A stretch of 64,000 nucleotides of DNA from an uncultured Bacteroidota bacterium (GCA_937954085.1 CALGAK010000088.1:2448-66447), one strand, 5' to 3'. Shown: positions 47,211 through 57,334, counted from the stretch's first letter. Numbers and translations are program-made. Notes: a model not told the origin generated them from the letters alone.

Positions 47211-49838
47211 ATGCGGAAAATTTTCCTTTCGATTTTTTTAGTGATGTTGATGGGGCTAACGGTTCAGTCGCAACGAATCGTGATGTATCCCGACCGAGTA
47301 GAAACCAATTTTTATCATGACACCTCAGAGCCTTTGCGTGAGCGTACCATGATTCCACCTCAGGAAGCTAGCAAAATGTATCCCGGAGGCATTGTCCCCA
47401 ATTTTGAAAAGCGCGCCAAGTTTAAATCGGAACAGTTAGGACCGCAAGCTCCCGATCCGATCGTACAAACTAAAATGGGTACCAAGCAGCCAAACTTACC
47501 TACAGTGGTAAACATCGAAGGGATGAATCGATTTAATGCCGGAGGAGCTACCCCTCCTGACTGCAGTGGCGATGTGGGACCTGAAAATTATATCCAAATG
47601 GTGAATCTGGCATTCCAGGTTTTCGATAAATCGGGAACCTCTATTTACGGACCGGCTTCGAATAGAACCATTTTTGATGGTTGGGACGATGGTCAGCCCT
47701 GGGATAATACCAACGATGGCGACCCGATTCTACTGTACGACGACCAGGCAGAACGCTGGGTGTTTTCGCACTTCTCCTTACCCAATTGGGGAGCTCCCTA
47801 CTATATGCTGATTGCTTATTCAGCAACCTCCGATCCGCTTGGACCTTATCACCGCTATGCCTTTACCTTCAACAACTTTCCCGATTATCCCAAATTAGGC
47901 ATTTGGAACGATGGTTTGTACATTACGTTTAATTCCAATAGTGGACAAGCTGCTGTTTTTGAAAGAGATTCCATGCTCGTTGGAGCTCCTGCCCGCATGG
48001 TTCAATTCACTATTCCCGATTATCCTGGACTTGGTTTTAGATCTGCTTTACCTGCCGATTGCGATGGCCCAATGCCTCCGGTTGGAACTCCAAATAACCT
48101 GGTGTACTTCAACGATAATTCATGGGGAACTTTTTCCACCGATCACCTTCGAATCTGGGAATTTGATGTCGATTGGACCAATACCTCCAATTCGACCATC
48201 TCGATGGTCCAGACCCTTATTACTGAATCTTTTGATTCCAATTTTACTTCGAACTGGAACGATATTACCCAGCCTAATTCAAGCCAAAAGCTCGATGCGA
48301 TTGCAGGAGCCATGATGTTTCGTCTTCAATACCGACAATTCCCGAGTCACGAAGTAATGCTCACGAACTACGTGGTGGACGTCAACGGAGCCAATCAAGC
48401 CGGTATCCGTTGGTATGAACTGCGTCGCGATACAGCCGACTGGTATATCTATCAACAAGGCACTTATGCTCCGGATGATTTGAGCAGATGGAATGCCAGT
48501 ATGTCGATGGATAAGCATGGAAATATTGCGATGGCTTATTCCGTGTCGTCATCCTCAGTTTATCCTTCGCTCCGATATACCGGAAGAACCGTAGATGCTC
48601 CTTTGGGCGAAATGAATATTGAAGAAACGGAGATTTTTACCGGATCCGGTTCTCAAAGCGGAACAAACCGGTTTGGCGATTATGCTCAAATGGGAGTAGA
48701 TCCGGTCGATGATGAAACCTTTTGGTTTACATCGGAATATATCCCTTCGAATGGGCAATGGAGAACTCGGATTGCCTCTTTCCGTTTCGATGAAATGAAT
48801 TCGGCCGACATTGATGCCGGTATCATTTCTTGGGTTTCGCCAGAGGAAGGAAGTGTGTTAACCAACCAGGAACAAGTTACCGTGAATTTATTCAACTATG
48901 GTGTCAACCCGATTGATACACTGCCTATTCGCTTATGGCTCGATGGGGCTGTTGTTTCCGAGGATACTGTTTTTGCCGGAATTTCGCCCATGTCGCATTA
49001 TAACCACACCTTTAGCGATACGCTTGACTTATCGGCCTATGGTAGTTATGAATTTGTAGTGGAATTATCCTTAAGCGGCGATACCATAACTCAAAATGAT
49101 ACCTTAGAGTACATCTTGGAGCATTTAGAGCCACAGTATTGCGATGCATCGGGTGCCGAAGGAGGAGAATATATTTCTCAGTTGGAGCTGAATACCTATG
49201 TGGGAATGAGCGGTTCTTCTGCTTACAGCGATTTCACTACCGACACGATTGCCATCAAGCAAGGAGGAGAGTATAGTTTTAAGGTATTTACCACCGACGG
49301 ACAAACGACCAATCAGGTTGTTGTATGGTTTGATTGGAATGGCGATAAAGTATTTAACGATACCGATGAAAAGCGCATTATAGGCACCGGAGTAGGGCCG
49401 TTAGAGGCCAGTATTATGGTCCCATTAGATGCCCCCCTCGGGCCTACCCGTATGCGCGTGCGCTTGCATGATCTTCAAGATGGGCCCAATTATAGTTCCT
49501 GTGGTACATCGACCTACGGCGAGGTAGAAGATTATACCATCTTGGTTGTCGATCCGCTGATTGATGAGATTATTGAGCCTCGAACCATATCCATGAACGT
49601 TTATCCTAATCCGGTGCAAGATCACATTTTCTTGAACCTCGATGCGCTTGGTTTTGATAGTTACTTACAGATTGTCGATGCAAACGGAAAACAAGTGTAT
49701 CGCCGCGATGTTCCTGCCGGAGCAGAAATGCGGGATGCATCTATTTCGGTAAAAGAATTTAGCGCCGGGATGTATTTTGTCCGCCTACGTTTGTACAACG
49801 AAAATATCCTCAAGGTTGAAAAGTTCATCAAACAATAA
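47211..49838 (+). CDS. Secreted 875-aa protein: unassigned roughly 520-aa N-terminal domain, CARDB-like, GEVED domain, type-A T9SS CTD
   Basis: Signal peptide MRKIFLSIFLVMLMGLTVQSQ; CARDB-like unit about 48809-49120; GEVED domain about 49130-49550 ending YGEVEDYTILV; CTD VYPNPVQDHIFLNL...GMYFVRL (49594-49835). Confidence 0.85.
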   Translation: MRKIFLSIFLVMLMGLTVQSQRIVMYPDRVETNFYHDTSEPLRERTMIPPQEASKMYPGGIVPNFEKRAKFKSEQLGPQAPDPIVQTKMGTKQPNLPTVVNIEGMNRFNAGGATPPDCSGDVGPENYIQMVNLAFQVFDKSGTSIYGPASNRTIFDGWDDGQPWDNTNDGDPILLYDDQAERWVFSHFSLPNWGAPYYMLIAYSATSDPLGPYHRYAFTFNNFPDYPKLGIWNDGLYITFNSNSGQAAVFERDSMLVGAPARMVQFTIPDYPGLGFRSALPADCDGPMPPVGTPNNLVYFNDNSWGTFSTDHLRIWEFDVDWTNTSNSTISMVQTLITESFDSNFTSNWNDITQPNSSQKLDAIAGAMMFRLQYRQFPSHEVMLTNYVVDVNGANQAGIRWYELRRDTADWYIYQQGTYAPDDLSRWNASMSMDKHGNIAMAYSVSSSSVYPSLRYTGRTVDAPLGEMNIEETEIFTGSGSQSGTNRFGDYAQMGVDPVDDETFWFTSEYIPSNGQWRTRIASFRFDEMNSADIDAGIISWVSPEEGSVLTNQEQVTVNLFNYGVNPIDTLPIRLWLDGAVVSEDTVFAGISPMSHYNHTFSDTLDLSAYGSYEFVVELSLSGDTITQNDTLEYILEHLEPQYCDASGAEGGEYISQLELNTYVGMSGSSAYSDFTTDTIAIKQGGEYSFKVFTTDGQTTNQVVVWFDWNGDKVFNDTDEKRIIGTGVGPLEASIMVPLDAPLGPTRMRVRLHDLQDGPNYSSCGTSTYGEVEDYTILVVDPLIDEIIEPRTISMNVYPNPVQDHIFLNLDALGFDSYLQIVDANGKQVYRRDVPAGAEMRDASISVKEFSAGMYFVRLRLYNENILKVEKFIKQ

Positions 49839-49852
49839 TTGGTATTCAGGAT

Positions 49853-49896
49853 AAAAAAAAGAGGCTGTTCCAATGAAGGACAGCCTCTTTTTTTTT
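49853..49896. terminator. Bidirectional rho-independent terminator between convergent genes
   Basis: Stems GAGGCTGT (49861-49868) and ACAGCCTC (49880-49887), flanked by an 8-A run and a 9-T run. Confidence 0.8.
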
Positions 49897-49909
49897 AAGG
49901 AGAATGGGT

Positions 49910-50983
49910 TTATTGCCAAATAGTCAATAACTCATCGGGAGCTTGTTTAACATCTTCGGGGACGTCGGCCGTCAGCGTTTTTAAGAAGGTAACAATCGAC
50001 GCGATTTCCTTATCGTTTAGTGTTTTGTTTAAGGAAGTGAGTCCCATGATACGAACAGCTTCTTCGAGAGATTCAACTTTGCCGTCGTGCATGTAGGGAT
50101 AGGTCTTTTCTACGTTTCTGAGACTTTGAGGTTTGAAAAGGTGCTTGTCCGATTCAACTTTAGTTTCTTCGTATTTGCCATAATCGACTACAGTAGAGCC
50201 TGTAAATTCTTCGTAGCTTCCGAATAAGGGGAATTTTTGGAGGGCACCACCACCCAGAACTTCGCCTTTGTGGCAAGCGATACAGCCGGTGGTAATAAAG
50301 GTTTCCATTCCAGATAATTCCTCCATGCTCATTGCATCGATGTTTCCATTCAGGAATTCGTCGAATTTCGAAGGGGTAACCAAGGTTCTTTCAAAAGCGC
50401 CAATAGCTAGTTTAAGATTCTCGAAGCTAACAGGATCTGCATCGTTTGGAAAAGCTGCTTTGAACAAATCGGCGTAAGCGCTCGATGTTTTCAGTCGATT
50501 TACAGTATAGTCTTCATCGACCATCATCATTTCGACCGGATTGGTAATCGGCATTCCAGCTTGCTCCTCTACATCCTTAGCACGTCCATCCCAAAATTGG
50601 GTAGTATGAAAAGCTGCATTGAATACCGTAGGGGAGTTGCGCGTGCCAAGCGTGCCATCGTCGCCGGGCGAAACAGGAAGATTATCAACTCCGAAGGTAT
50701 TTAGGTCGTGGCAGCTGTTACAGCTAATGTTCCCGGTTTCGGAGAGTTTGTTGTCGAAATAGAGGATTTTGCCGAGTTTGACTTTTTCTTCGGTAATTTC
50801 GTTGTGTTCCGCTAAAGCAACTGCGGGAAGTGGTTTGAAATAGAGTTTTGCTCGTTCGAGCAATTCCATTTTTTTGCTTTGTTCTTCAGGATTTGTTTGT
50901 TCCTTTTTTTCGTCTCCGGAGCCTTTGCATGCTCCAAAGCCTAGCGCTAGTGCCAGTGCCAGGGTCCATGTTAAGTTTTTCAT
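49910..50983 (-). CDS. Di-haem cytochrome c peroxidase (CCP/MauG family), lipoprotein
   Basis: 357 aa with a lipobox-like LGFGAC and two CxxCH haem motifs (CNSCH, CIACH). Confidence 0.9.
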   Translation of the reverse strand: MKNLTWTLALALALGFGACKGSGDEKKEQTNPEEQSKKMELLERAKLYFKPLPAVALAEHNEITEEKVKLGKILYFDNKLSETGNISCNSCHDLNTFGVDNLPVSPGDDGTLGTRNSPTVFNAAFHTTQFWDGRAKDVEEQAGMPITNPVEMMMVDEDYTVNRLKTSSAYADLFKAAFPNDADPVSFENLKLAIGAFERTLVTPSKFDEFLNGNIDAMSMEELSGMETFITTGCIACHKGEVLGGGALQKFPLFGSYEEFTGSTVVDYGKYEETKVESDKHLFKPQSLRNVEKTYPYMHDGKVESLEEAVRIMGLTSLNKTLNDKEIASIVTFLKTLTADVPEDVKQAPDELLTIWQ

Positions 50984-51092
50984 GTGCTTGAAGTTTAGTT
51001 AGTTGTATGATTAATTAAAGCTTTATTCGCTGTAACAGAAGGATCCCCGATGCCTACGGGAATACACGAGTTAAAAGTACAGAATTGAAGGC

Positions 51093-51125
51093 AAAAAAAA
51101 ACCGGTCATAGAGCATATGACCGGT
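51093..51125 (-). terminator. Rho-independent terminator after rplS
   Basis: Stems ACCGGTCATA and TATGACCGGT (51101-51125). The A-run at 51093-51100 gives a T-run on the minus strand. Confidence 0.75.
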
Positions 51126-51147
51126 TTTTATCAGTAGTAGGAAACTA

Positions 51148-51498
51148 TTAATATCTTTTTTCTTTGATACGAGCTTTTTTACCGGTAAGCTGACGCAAGT
51201 AGAAGATACGAGCTCTACGTACTTTACCGTACTTGTTGACCTCTACTTTTTCGATGGCAGGCGATTCGAAAGGGAAGATTCGTTCTACTCCAACGTTACC
51301 GGACATTTTCCGAACGGTAAAAGTTTTGGAGATTCCCGATCCTTTGATTTGAATCACAACCCCGCGATAAACCTGAATACGTTCTTTATTTCCTTCCGAA
51401 ATTTTATAGTGCACCGAAATGGTATCACCCGGATTGAATTTAGTGAGCTCTCTATTGAGCTTAAATTCTTGTTCTACGGCTTGCATTAATTCGTTCAT
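51148..51498 (-). CDS. rplS: 50S ribosomal protein L19
   Basis: 116 aa with characteristic L19 sequence ([32 protein letters not shown]...TFTVRK). Confidence 0.97.
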   Translation of the reverse strand: MNELMQAVEQEFKLNRELTKFNPGDTISVHYKISEGNKERIQVYRGVVIQIKGSGISKTFTVRKMSGNVGVERIFPFESPAIEKVEVNKYGKVRRARIFYLRQLTGKKARIKEKRY

Positions 51499-51660
51499 CG
51501 GTAAATCATTTTAATGATTAATACTTGCAACATTATCTAGCCACGAAAAGAGGTTGCTATAAAAGTGGTGCAAAAGTAGTATTCTTTTTCAATTCACAAA
51601 AAGCCCTCGCCCAATAATTTGATTTTCATTTATTGAGCTAATGCCTTCTGTGTAAATTTC

Positions 51661-53343
51661 TTAATCGAGTACTTTCAGTTTGTCGCCGGTTTCATCGACA
51701 ATACGCTTCAAGGTGCGTGCATCGTAGCCTGGGAATTCCACTTTAGCTGGATTGTATTTGTACCCTTCTTGCGGTTCGGCCGGGTATTTTACATTTCCGT
51801 CGAGGTATTTCATGAAGAGATACTGGTAGAATTTTTTCATGTCGGTTACCAGTGCATCACCGGCTTGGCAACTGTAGTTGGTTACTAATTGAATGGCTTG
51901 TTCTCGGTCGGTTTTCAATAATTCCACAGCTTTTTGGTCGATCGACGAGAGTTCGGCAACAAATTTCTCTTCCATAGCAACTTGTTTCTCACGAATTTCC
52001 GGATGGATGGCATTATAACGAGTATAGGCCCAATTGCTGATTTGGTTAAAAACCCAAAAGGCTGAATTATCGCTCCATTCTAACATATCGCCGTTGCCGG
52101 TTTGGTAGCTTTTAGGTACTCGAGTTGCCGAGCAATACATGGGGAAATAAACGGTGCTTGCAGCATCGTCGACCGAGAACCAATGTACTCCGCCAACTTC
52201 GTTTGGTAGCCACGATCGCATTTGGCTTACAAATGAAAAGGCGGTTTGCTGCGTTCCGGTAGCTCGCTCGTTGCAATAGGTAACTCCGTCTACTTCCCAA
52301 GTTAACGGCCGCCAGCGATAGGGCACGGCAAAAGGACCCGAGCCAACATCGACCGTCATATCGTAAGGAGTTCCTTCGAGGTGGTCGCGCATAAAATCCA
52401 TTACCTGACGCACTTCAATTTGATAATCGGGTTTAATCCAAAGTGGCATCCGGTTGGTTGCATAGCCGGTTTCGGGATCGCGCTCAATGTTCGTTCCGCT
52501 AGCGTAAGGCAGATATTGGTTCATGCTGCTGTTAACCGATTTGAAGAAAGACCATACTCGAATTTCACAGAATCGAGCACCCCCAAAATCGACAGGAGCG
52601 TAGGTGTCGGAGAAAGAAAAGTCTTTGTCTTTTCCTTTATACCAACCTTTACCTTTGGCAAACGAGATGACATCTTTCGAATTAAAAACCGTTTGCTTTG
52701 GGTCGAACCATTTATTCTTTTTTTGATAATCGAAGGTGGTAATTCGAGCTTGGTTCGCATGACCAGATACATATCCATCTGGAATTTGCATGGCGACCCA
52801 AAGGGCTCCTTTTTCGCCTTCGCCTTTACCAATCATTTCCATAATCCAGACCTCGTTCGGGTCGGCAATCGAGAAGGATTCGCCAGAGCTGTAAAAACCA
52901 TATTCTTCGAATAATTCAGCTATCACTTTAATCGCTTCACGTGCTGTTTTGGCTCGTTGGAGAGTAATCCACATAAGTGAGCCATAATCGATAATGCCGG
53001 AATGACCTTTACTCAATTCGCTTCGTCCACCAAAGGTAGTTTCACCAATCGAAACCTGATGTTCATTCATGTTTCCAACTACCGAATACGTTTTGGCTAC
53101 TTGTTTGATTTGACCGAGGAATTTTCCGGTGTCCCACTCGTAAATATCCAACATGCTTCCTTCGGGATACTCAGCAGCCGGGAAAAAATACAGCTCGCCA
53201 TAAAGGGCGTGAGAATCAGCTGCATAGCTAATCATCGTAGAGCCGTCTTTCGAGGCTCCTTTGGTAATCAGGAAGTTGGTGCAGGTCCAACCATAACTGC
53301 TTATCAGGCTTGTTAACATCAAGCTTAAAAAAAACTTCTTCAT
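51661..53343 (-). CDS. C69-family dipeptidase (secreted)
   Basis: 560 aa with a signal peptide followed by the nucleophile context GWTCTNFLITKGASKDGS, typical of peptidase C69. Confidence 0.85.
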   Translation of the reverse strand: MKKFFLSLMLTSLISSYGWTCTNFLITKGASKDGSTMISYAADSHALYGELYFFPAAEYPEGSMLDIYEWDTGKFLGQIKQVAKTYSVVGNMNEHQVSIGETTFGGRSELSKGHSGIIDYGSLMWITLQRAKTAREAIKVIAELFEEYGFYSSGESFSIADPNEVWIMEMIGKGEGEKGALWVAMQIPDGYVSGHANQARITTFDYQKKNKWFDPKQTVFNSKDVISFAKGKGWYKGKDKDFSFSDTYAPVDFGGARFCEIRVWSFFKSVNSSMNQYLPYASGTNIERDPETGYATNRMPLWIKPDYQIEVRQVMDFMRDHLEGTPYDMTVDVGSGPFAVPYRWRPLTWEVDGVTYCNERATGTQQTAFSFVSQMRSWLPNEVGGVHWFSVDDAASTVYFPMYCSATRVPKSYQTGNGDMLEWSDNSAFWVFNQISNWAYTRYNAIHPEIREKQVAMEEKFVAELSSIDQKAVELLKTDREQAIQLVTNYSCQAGDALVTDMKKFYQYLFMKYLDGNVKYPAEPQEGYKYNPAKVEFPGYDARTLKRIVDETGDKLKVLD

Positions 53344-53451
53344 AGTACTATTTGATGGGTTAAAAAATCAGTTTTCGCACGCAACATATTAAAAATATGG
53401 GAAATATTTTCTGTTGTGTAGCTTGTTCCTTCCGGGAAAAATTGGGTGAGC

Positions 53452-53799
53452 TTAATCAAGCGGTGGTTTGGGTCGAAAAAAGACTTTTTCGAAATCGACG
53501 ACTTGATTATTGACAACTTCGATGCCTTCGCTTCGGAGCAAATCGGCCATGGTATGCTCTCCCGGGAAGTGCATTTTGCCGGTGAGTAATCCATTTCGAT
53601 TAACGACTCGATGAGCAGGAATACCCGATTCGAACCAATTGATTTTATTCAGAGCCCAACCGACCATTCTTGCGGCTCCCGGCGCCGACAGATATTGGGC
53701 AATGGCCCCGTAACTGGTTACTCTTCCCGGAGGAATGGATTTTACCACTTCGTAAACTCGATGGAAAAAGTTCTCGTTGAGTGCATTAATTGGTTTCAT
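53452..53799 (-). CDS. Alkyltransferase-like (ATL) protein of the MGMT DNA-binding-domain family, lacking the acceptor Cys
   Basis: 115 aa. It has the helix-turn-helix region TSYGAIAQYL..PGAARMVGWAL, and an active-site motif IPAHRVV in place of the canonical PCHRV. Confidence 0.8.
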   Translation of the reverse strand: MKPINALNENFFHRVYEVVKSIPPGRVTSYGAIAQYLSAPGAARMVGWALNKINWFESGIPAHRVVNRNGLLTGKMHFPGEHTMADLLRSEGIEVVNNQVVDFEKVFFRPKPPLD

Positions 53800-54496
53800 C
53801 GGGAGCCTCCCACTGAAAGGGTGCCGGACGATTCAGCCGAAATTGGAGGTAGGTAATGTTTTTCCCTTTCCCTCTAAAAAGTTGTTCGTAATGCGTTTGA
53901 ATCGATAAGATGGGATTTCCTGCGTGGGTTTCGTATAGATTTTCGGTCTGCTCGATAATCTCTAGTTTATTTTGCCGAATAACATCGAGGGTAAAGTCAT
54001 AAAGCTCTTTACTGTCGGTCTTGAGGTGAATGATTCCGTCGGGTTTTAAGAATTGCTGGTATTTGTTCAAAAATCCCGGAGCCGTGAGTCTTTTTTTGGC
54101 TCGACGTTCTTTGAGTTGAGGATCGGGGAAAGTAATCCATATTTCGTCGATCTCGGAGGGTGCAAAGAAGGAATCGATGAATTCGATGCGGGTTCGTAAA
54201 AAACCGGCATTGCTAATTTTTTCGTCTTCTACGGTTTTAGCACCTCGCCACAGGCGCGCTCCTTTAATGTCGATTCCGAGGAAGTTCTTATCCGGAAAAG
54301 TTTGCGCCAATCCTAGCGTGTACTCTCCTTTGCCGCAGCCAAGCTCAAGTACCAAGGGCTGCTCTTTTTCGAAAAATTGTGCATTCCATTTGGAAAATAG
54401 TCGATGCTTTTGGTTCAAAACCTCGGCAATTTCCGGTTGAATTAAATGGTTGAAGTGTTCGTTTTCGGCAAATCGCCGGAGTTTATACTTACCCAT
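53786..54496 (-). CDS. trmB: tRNA (guanine46-N7)-methyltransferase
   Basis: 236 aa with SAM-binding motif LELGCGKGEY and TrmB-like conserved blocks (FPDPQLKERRAKKR). Confidence 0.9.
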   Translation of the reverse strand: MGKYKLRRFAENEHFNHLIQPEIAEVLNQKHRLFSKWNAQFFEKEQPLVLELGCGKGEYTLGLAQTFPDKNFLGIDIKGARLWRGAKTVEDEKISNAGFLRTRIEFIDSFFAPSEIDEIWITFPDPQLKERRAKKRLTAPGFLNKYQQFLKPDGIIHLKTDSKELYDFTLDVIRQNKLEIIEQTENLYETHAGNPILSIQTHYEQLFRGKGKNITYLQFRLNRPAPFQWEAPDETN

Positions 54497-54514
54497 AGAG
54501 ATGAAAGGATGAGG

Positions 54515-55009
54515 TTATTCGATGTTTCCGTGGATTCGTTCAATTTGAATACCGAGGTTGTGGATTCCGGGTAGTTCCTTCATTCTCATCGCTTGTTCAA
54601 ATCGAAATTCATATTTTCCGGGAATGGGGAATCGTACATTCCGTTTGAAGGGATATTCGTAAGCGTAGAGAGTCCCTGATCCTGCTCCGAGCCATCGTCC
54701 GGTTTCGTCGGCAAAGAAAAGCTCCAAGGTATCGCGCAAAACGATGCCTTGAGGATTTTCTGTTTCTGCAAAAATGAAAAGATTCTGATACGGATACGCT
54801 CCGGTATGTCTCAAGTTCAATAGGATTCGATGGCTACTAATCGTGTCTTCTATTTCGCAAGAAAAGGAGCGGATATCCGATTGCTCCCAGGATTCACCGG
54901 AGAATTCCGTTTGCTGCTCGAAAACCGTCCTGTCCTTACACGATAAAACCGATAAGAATAGGATGAGCACCGAAATCCATTTAAGCGTCTGTTTTCTTGT
55001 TAGGATCAT
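54515..55009 (-). CDS. gldH: Gliding-motility lipoprotein GldH
   Basis: Matches my recollection of GldH (AYPYQNLFIF..., TLELFFADETGRWLG, GKYEFRFEQAMR). I prefer the ATG at 55009 (MILTRKQTLKWISVLILFLSVLSC, a lipoprotein signal) over the track start at 55108, which runs deep into the upstream gene. Confidence 0.8.
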   Translation of the reverse strand: MILTRKQTLKWISVLILFLSVLSCKDRTVFEQQTEFSGESWEQSDIRSFSCEIEDTISSHRILLNLRHTGAYPYQNLFIFAETENPQGIVLRDTLELFFADETGRWLGAGSGTLYAYEYPFKRNVRFPIPGKYEFRFEQAMRMKELPGIHNLGIQIERIHGNIE

Positions 55010-56162
55010 TCGGGCGATTCTTATTTTGCTGACGATTATTTTTCTTTCGTTTCTTCTTGGGTCTGCTTCCTTTTTGGTCGTCGAAACGGGTAAGGCTCTC
55101 TTCTCCAATTACATTCGAATAACCCACTTCGGTGGTAGGTTTGGTGGGTTCGAGTACAATGTCATCGATTTTTACTGCAGTTCCCTTTTTATTCAGTTTG
55201 ATGATCTCCTGAACACGTTCCACTCCAATGGGTAAAATGTTATTGCTTTCGTCTCGACCCAAATTATACCACATTACACCTCGGAAGACATCCGTTTTAA
55301 AGTGATAGGCAGGTCCTTTGTCGGTGTTTAGAGCCACTTCGGTCGATGGGAAATCGGCTCGAGCATCGAGGTAGGTATCCACTTCGTAATTGAGGCAACA
55401 TTTGAGTTTGCCGCATTGTCCGGCTAGTTTTTGTGGATTAAGGGAAAGCTCCTGTACCCTGGCTGCAGTGGTAGAGACCGATACGAAGCTGGTAATGAAA
55501 GTGCTGCAACAAAGCTCGCGTCCGCAGGGGCCAATGCCACCAATTCGGCCAGCTTCTTGTCGGGCACCAATTTGTTTCATTTCCACCCGAATACGGAATT
55601 CTTCGGCAAGAACTTTAATTAATTGCCGGAAATCGACCCGCTCGTCGGCGATGTAATAAAAGATGGCTTTGGTTTTATCGCCCTGATATTCCACGTCGCC
55701 AATTTTCATGTCGAGTTTCAGATCCTTCGCAATGGCTCGGGTTCTGATCATGGTTTGATTTTCAAGGGCAATGGCGCTTTGCCATTTTTCAATATCGGTG
55801 GGTTTGGCTTTTCGGTAAACTTTCGGCAAATCCTGAATGGAGCCGTTATGGTATTTTGAAAGTTGAAGGTGGACGAGTTCTCCTACCAGCGAAACTACTC
55901 CAATGTCGTGTCCGGGCGAAGATTCAACGGCAACAATGTCGCCTTTTTGAAGATCGAGTTCATGGACATTATGATAAATTCCTTTACGGGTATTTTTGAA
56001 TCGGATTTCAACCAAATTATTTTGCCTGGCATCGAAGGGGATATCGTTTAACCAGTCGGTGATGTTAAGTTTACCGGAACAGCCGCTACCACAGGAGATT
56101 GCCGCCGATGCGTCGCCGCTCAGCTTGGGGCATCCCCGTTGAATAAGCTCGTTTGCACTCAT
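54981..56162 (-). CDS. PSP1-domain protein (YaaT/RicT-like)
   Basis: 393 aa with a PSP1 core (KLDMKIGDVEYQGDKTKAIFYYIADERVDFRQLIK) and a basic K/R/N-rich tail. It sits between holB and gldH. Confidence 0.85.
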   Translation of the reverse strand: MSANELIQRGCPKLSGDASAAISCGSGCSGKLNITDWLNDIPFDARQNNLVEIRFKNTRKGIYHNVHELDLQKGDIVAVESSPGHDIGVVSLVGELVHLQLSKYHNGSIQDLPKVYRKAKPTDIEKWQSAIALENQTMIRTRAIAKDLKLDMKIGDVEYQGDKTKAIFYYIADERVDFRQLIKVLAEEFRIRVEMKQIGARQEAGRIGGIGPCGRELCCSTFITSFVSVSTTAARVQELSLNPQKLAGQCGKLKCCLNYEVDTYLDARADFPSTEVALNTDKGPAYHFKTDVFRGVMWYNLGRDESNNILPIGVERVQEIIKLNKKGTAVKIDDIVLEPTKPTTEVGYSNVIGEESLTRFDDQKGSRPKKKRKKNNRQQNKNRPNDPNKKTDA

Positions 56163-56203
56163 GCTGTTACGTTTAGATTAAGTAAAGCACAAATGTATAA
56201 AAA

Positions 56204-57316
56204 TTACGAGTGGAGTAACTGTATTATTCGGAGGGAGGTGTCGAGAAAGATGATTTTTGGGTTTCCGTTTCGTTCGATGTGATAGGATGCCTTGTTTAGT
56301 TCTTCGTAAAGGGGAGTAACGATGGTCGATTTGATAAATGGAGCAAAACGATCCACGAAAGTTCGTTCTTCTTCGGGTAAATAAACCAATTCCTTTTGCT
56401 GCTGATTCATCATGAAACTTTGTTGGATCATTTTCAAGGCATAGACGAGAAATTGCTTTTGTGCTTCCCTGCCAGCTCCGGCCAGTTCCTCGCTAATTCG
56501 ATGCAATTCAATCACGTTTTTCTGATACGCCAAACGCATCCACTGAGTAAAGCGATCGAAATGCACCTTGTTCTCTTCGCTCGATTGCCACCCCTGAATC
56601 GCTTGAAAATAATTTCCCTGAGCAAGCTTGGCTAGTTCATCAGCCCGATTCTTTTCGATTGATAAGTTGGTCGTTAATGCTAGGCTCAGCGCTTGTTCAG
56701 CGATGGGAGGGAAAGAAAGAGCTTGTGTTCGGGAGAGGATGGTCGAAAGTAGGAAGTTCGGCTGATTCGACACGAGGAGGAAGACCGTGAACTCCCAGGG
56801 TTCTTCTAATATTTTTAAGAGCTTGTTGGCAGCTACCGAATTCATTTTTTCGGGCAGCCACATGATGAGGATTTTGTAGTCCGACTCAAAGGTTTTGAAA
56901 GCTAGTTTTCGAATAATCTCCTCGCTTTCAGTTTTTCCAATGATGCCTTGTTTGTTTTCACTAGCTATGCTGCTAAGCCATTCGTTGTAGCTCAGGTAGG
57001 GCGATTGCATCAATCGGGTGCGCCATGTGGGTAAATGATCTTCGGATCGTTCGGAACTACCCGCCACAGGAAATACAAAGTGTAGATCAGGATGAGCTAA
57101 TTTTTCGTATTTGATGCACGACGGACAAACACCGCAACTATCGGTTTCGGTCCGTTGCGTGCAGGAAATGAATTGGGCATAGGCTAAGGCCATGGCTAAT
57201 TTGCCGGTTCCTTCCGGACCATGAAATAGCTGGGCATGAGGGATCCGTTTTTCATGAACCGAACGAATTAATCGCTCCTTAATGGCTTCTTGTCCGATGA
57301 CGTTTTTAAATTGCAT
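56204..57316 (-). CDS. holB: DNA polymerase III subunit delta'
   Basis: 370 aa with AHAQLFHGPEGTGK, a Zn-module-like CGVCPSC, and an AAA+ clamp-loader layout. Confidence 0.85.
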   Translation of the reverse strand: MQFKNVIGQEAIKERLIRSVHEKRIPHAQLFHGPEGTGKLAMALAYAQFISCTQRTETDSCGVCPSCIKYEKLAHPDLHFVFPVAGSSERSEDHLPTWRTRLMQSPYLSYNEWLSSIASENKQGIIGKTESEEIIRKLAFKTFESDYKILIMWLPEKMNSVAANKLLKILEEPWEFTVFLLVSNQPNFLLSTILSRTQALSFPPIAEQALSLALTTNLSIEKNRADELAKLAQGNYFQAIQGWQSSEENKVHFDRFTQWMRLAYQKNVIELHRISEELAGAGREAQKQFLVYALKMIQQSFMMNQQQKELVYLPEEERTFVDRFAPFIKSTIVTPLYEELNKASYHIERNGNPKIIFLDTSLRIIQLLHS

Positions 57317-57334
57317 GAGCTGGCTGGGTTGGCT

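Noticed and set aside
47911-48315. 134-aa plus-strand ORF in an alternative frame.
   Set aside because: It is embedded in the 875-aa T9SS cargo ORF, which has a signal peptide, GEVED domain and CTD. The alternative frame is Leu/Pro-rich with no features.
52381-52914. 177-aa plus-strand ORF, with 52521..52832 and 53002..53316 nearby.
   Set aside because: It is antisense or out of frame within the well-supported C69 dipeptidase gene and has no recognisable motifs.
55010-55108. N-terminal extension of GldH proposed by the ORF track (start at 55108).
   Set aside because: The extension overlaps the PSP1 gene by 128 nt and is highly basic. The internal ATG at 55009 gives a classical lipoprotein signal ending in LSC.
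54843-55235. 130-aa plus-strand ORF spanning the gldH/PSP1 junction.
   Set aside because: It is antisense to two well-supported genes.
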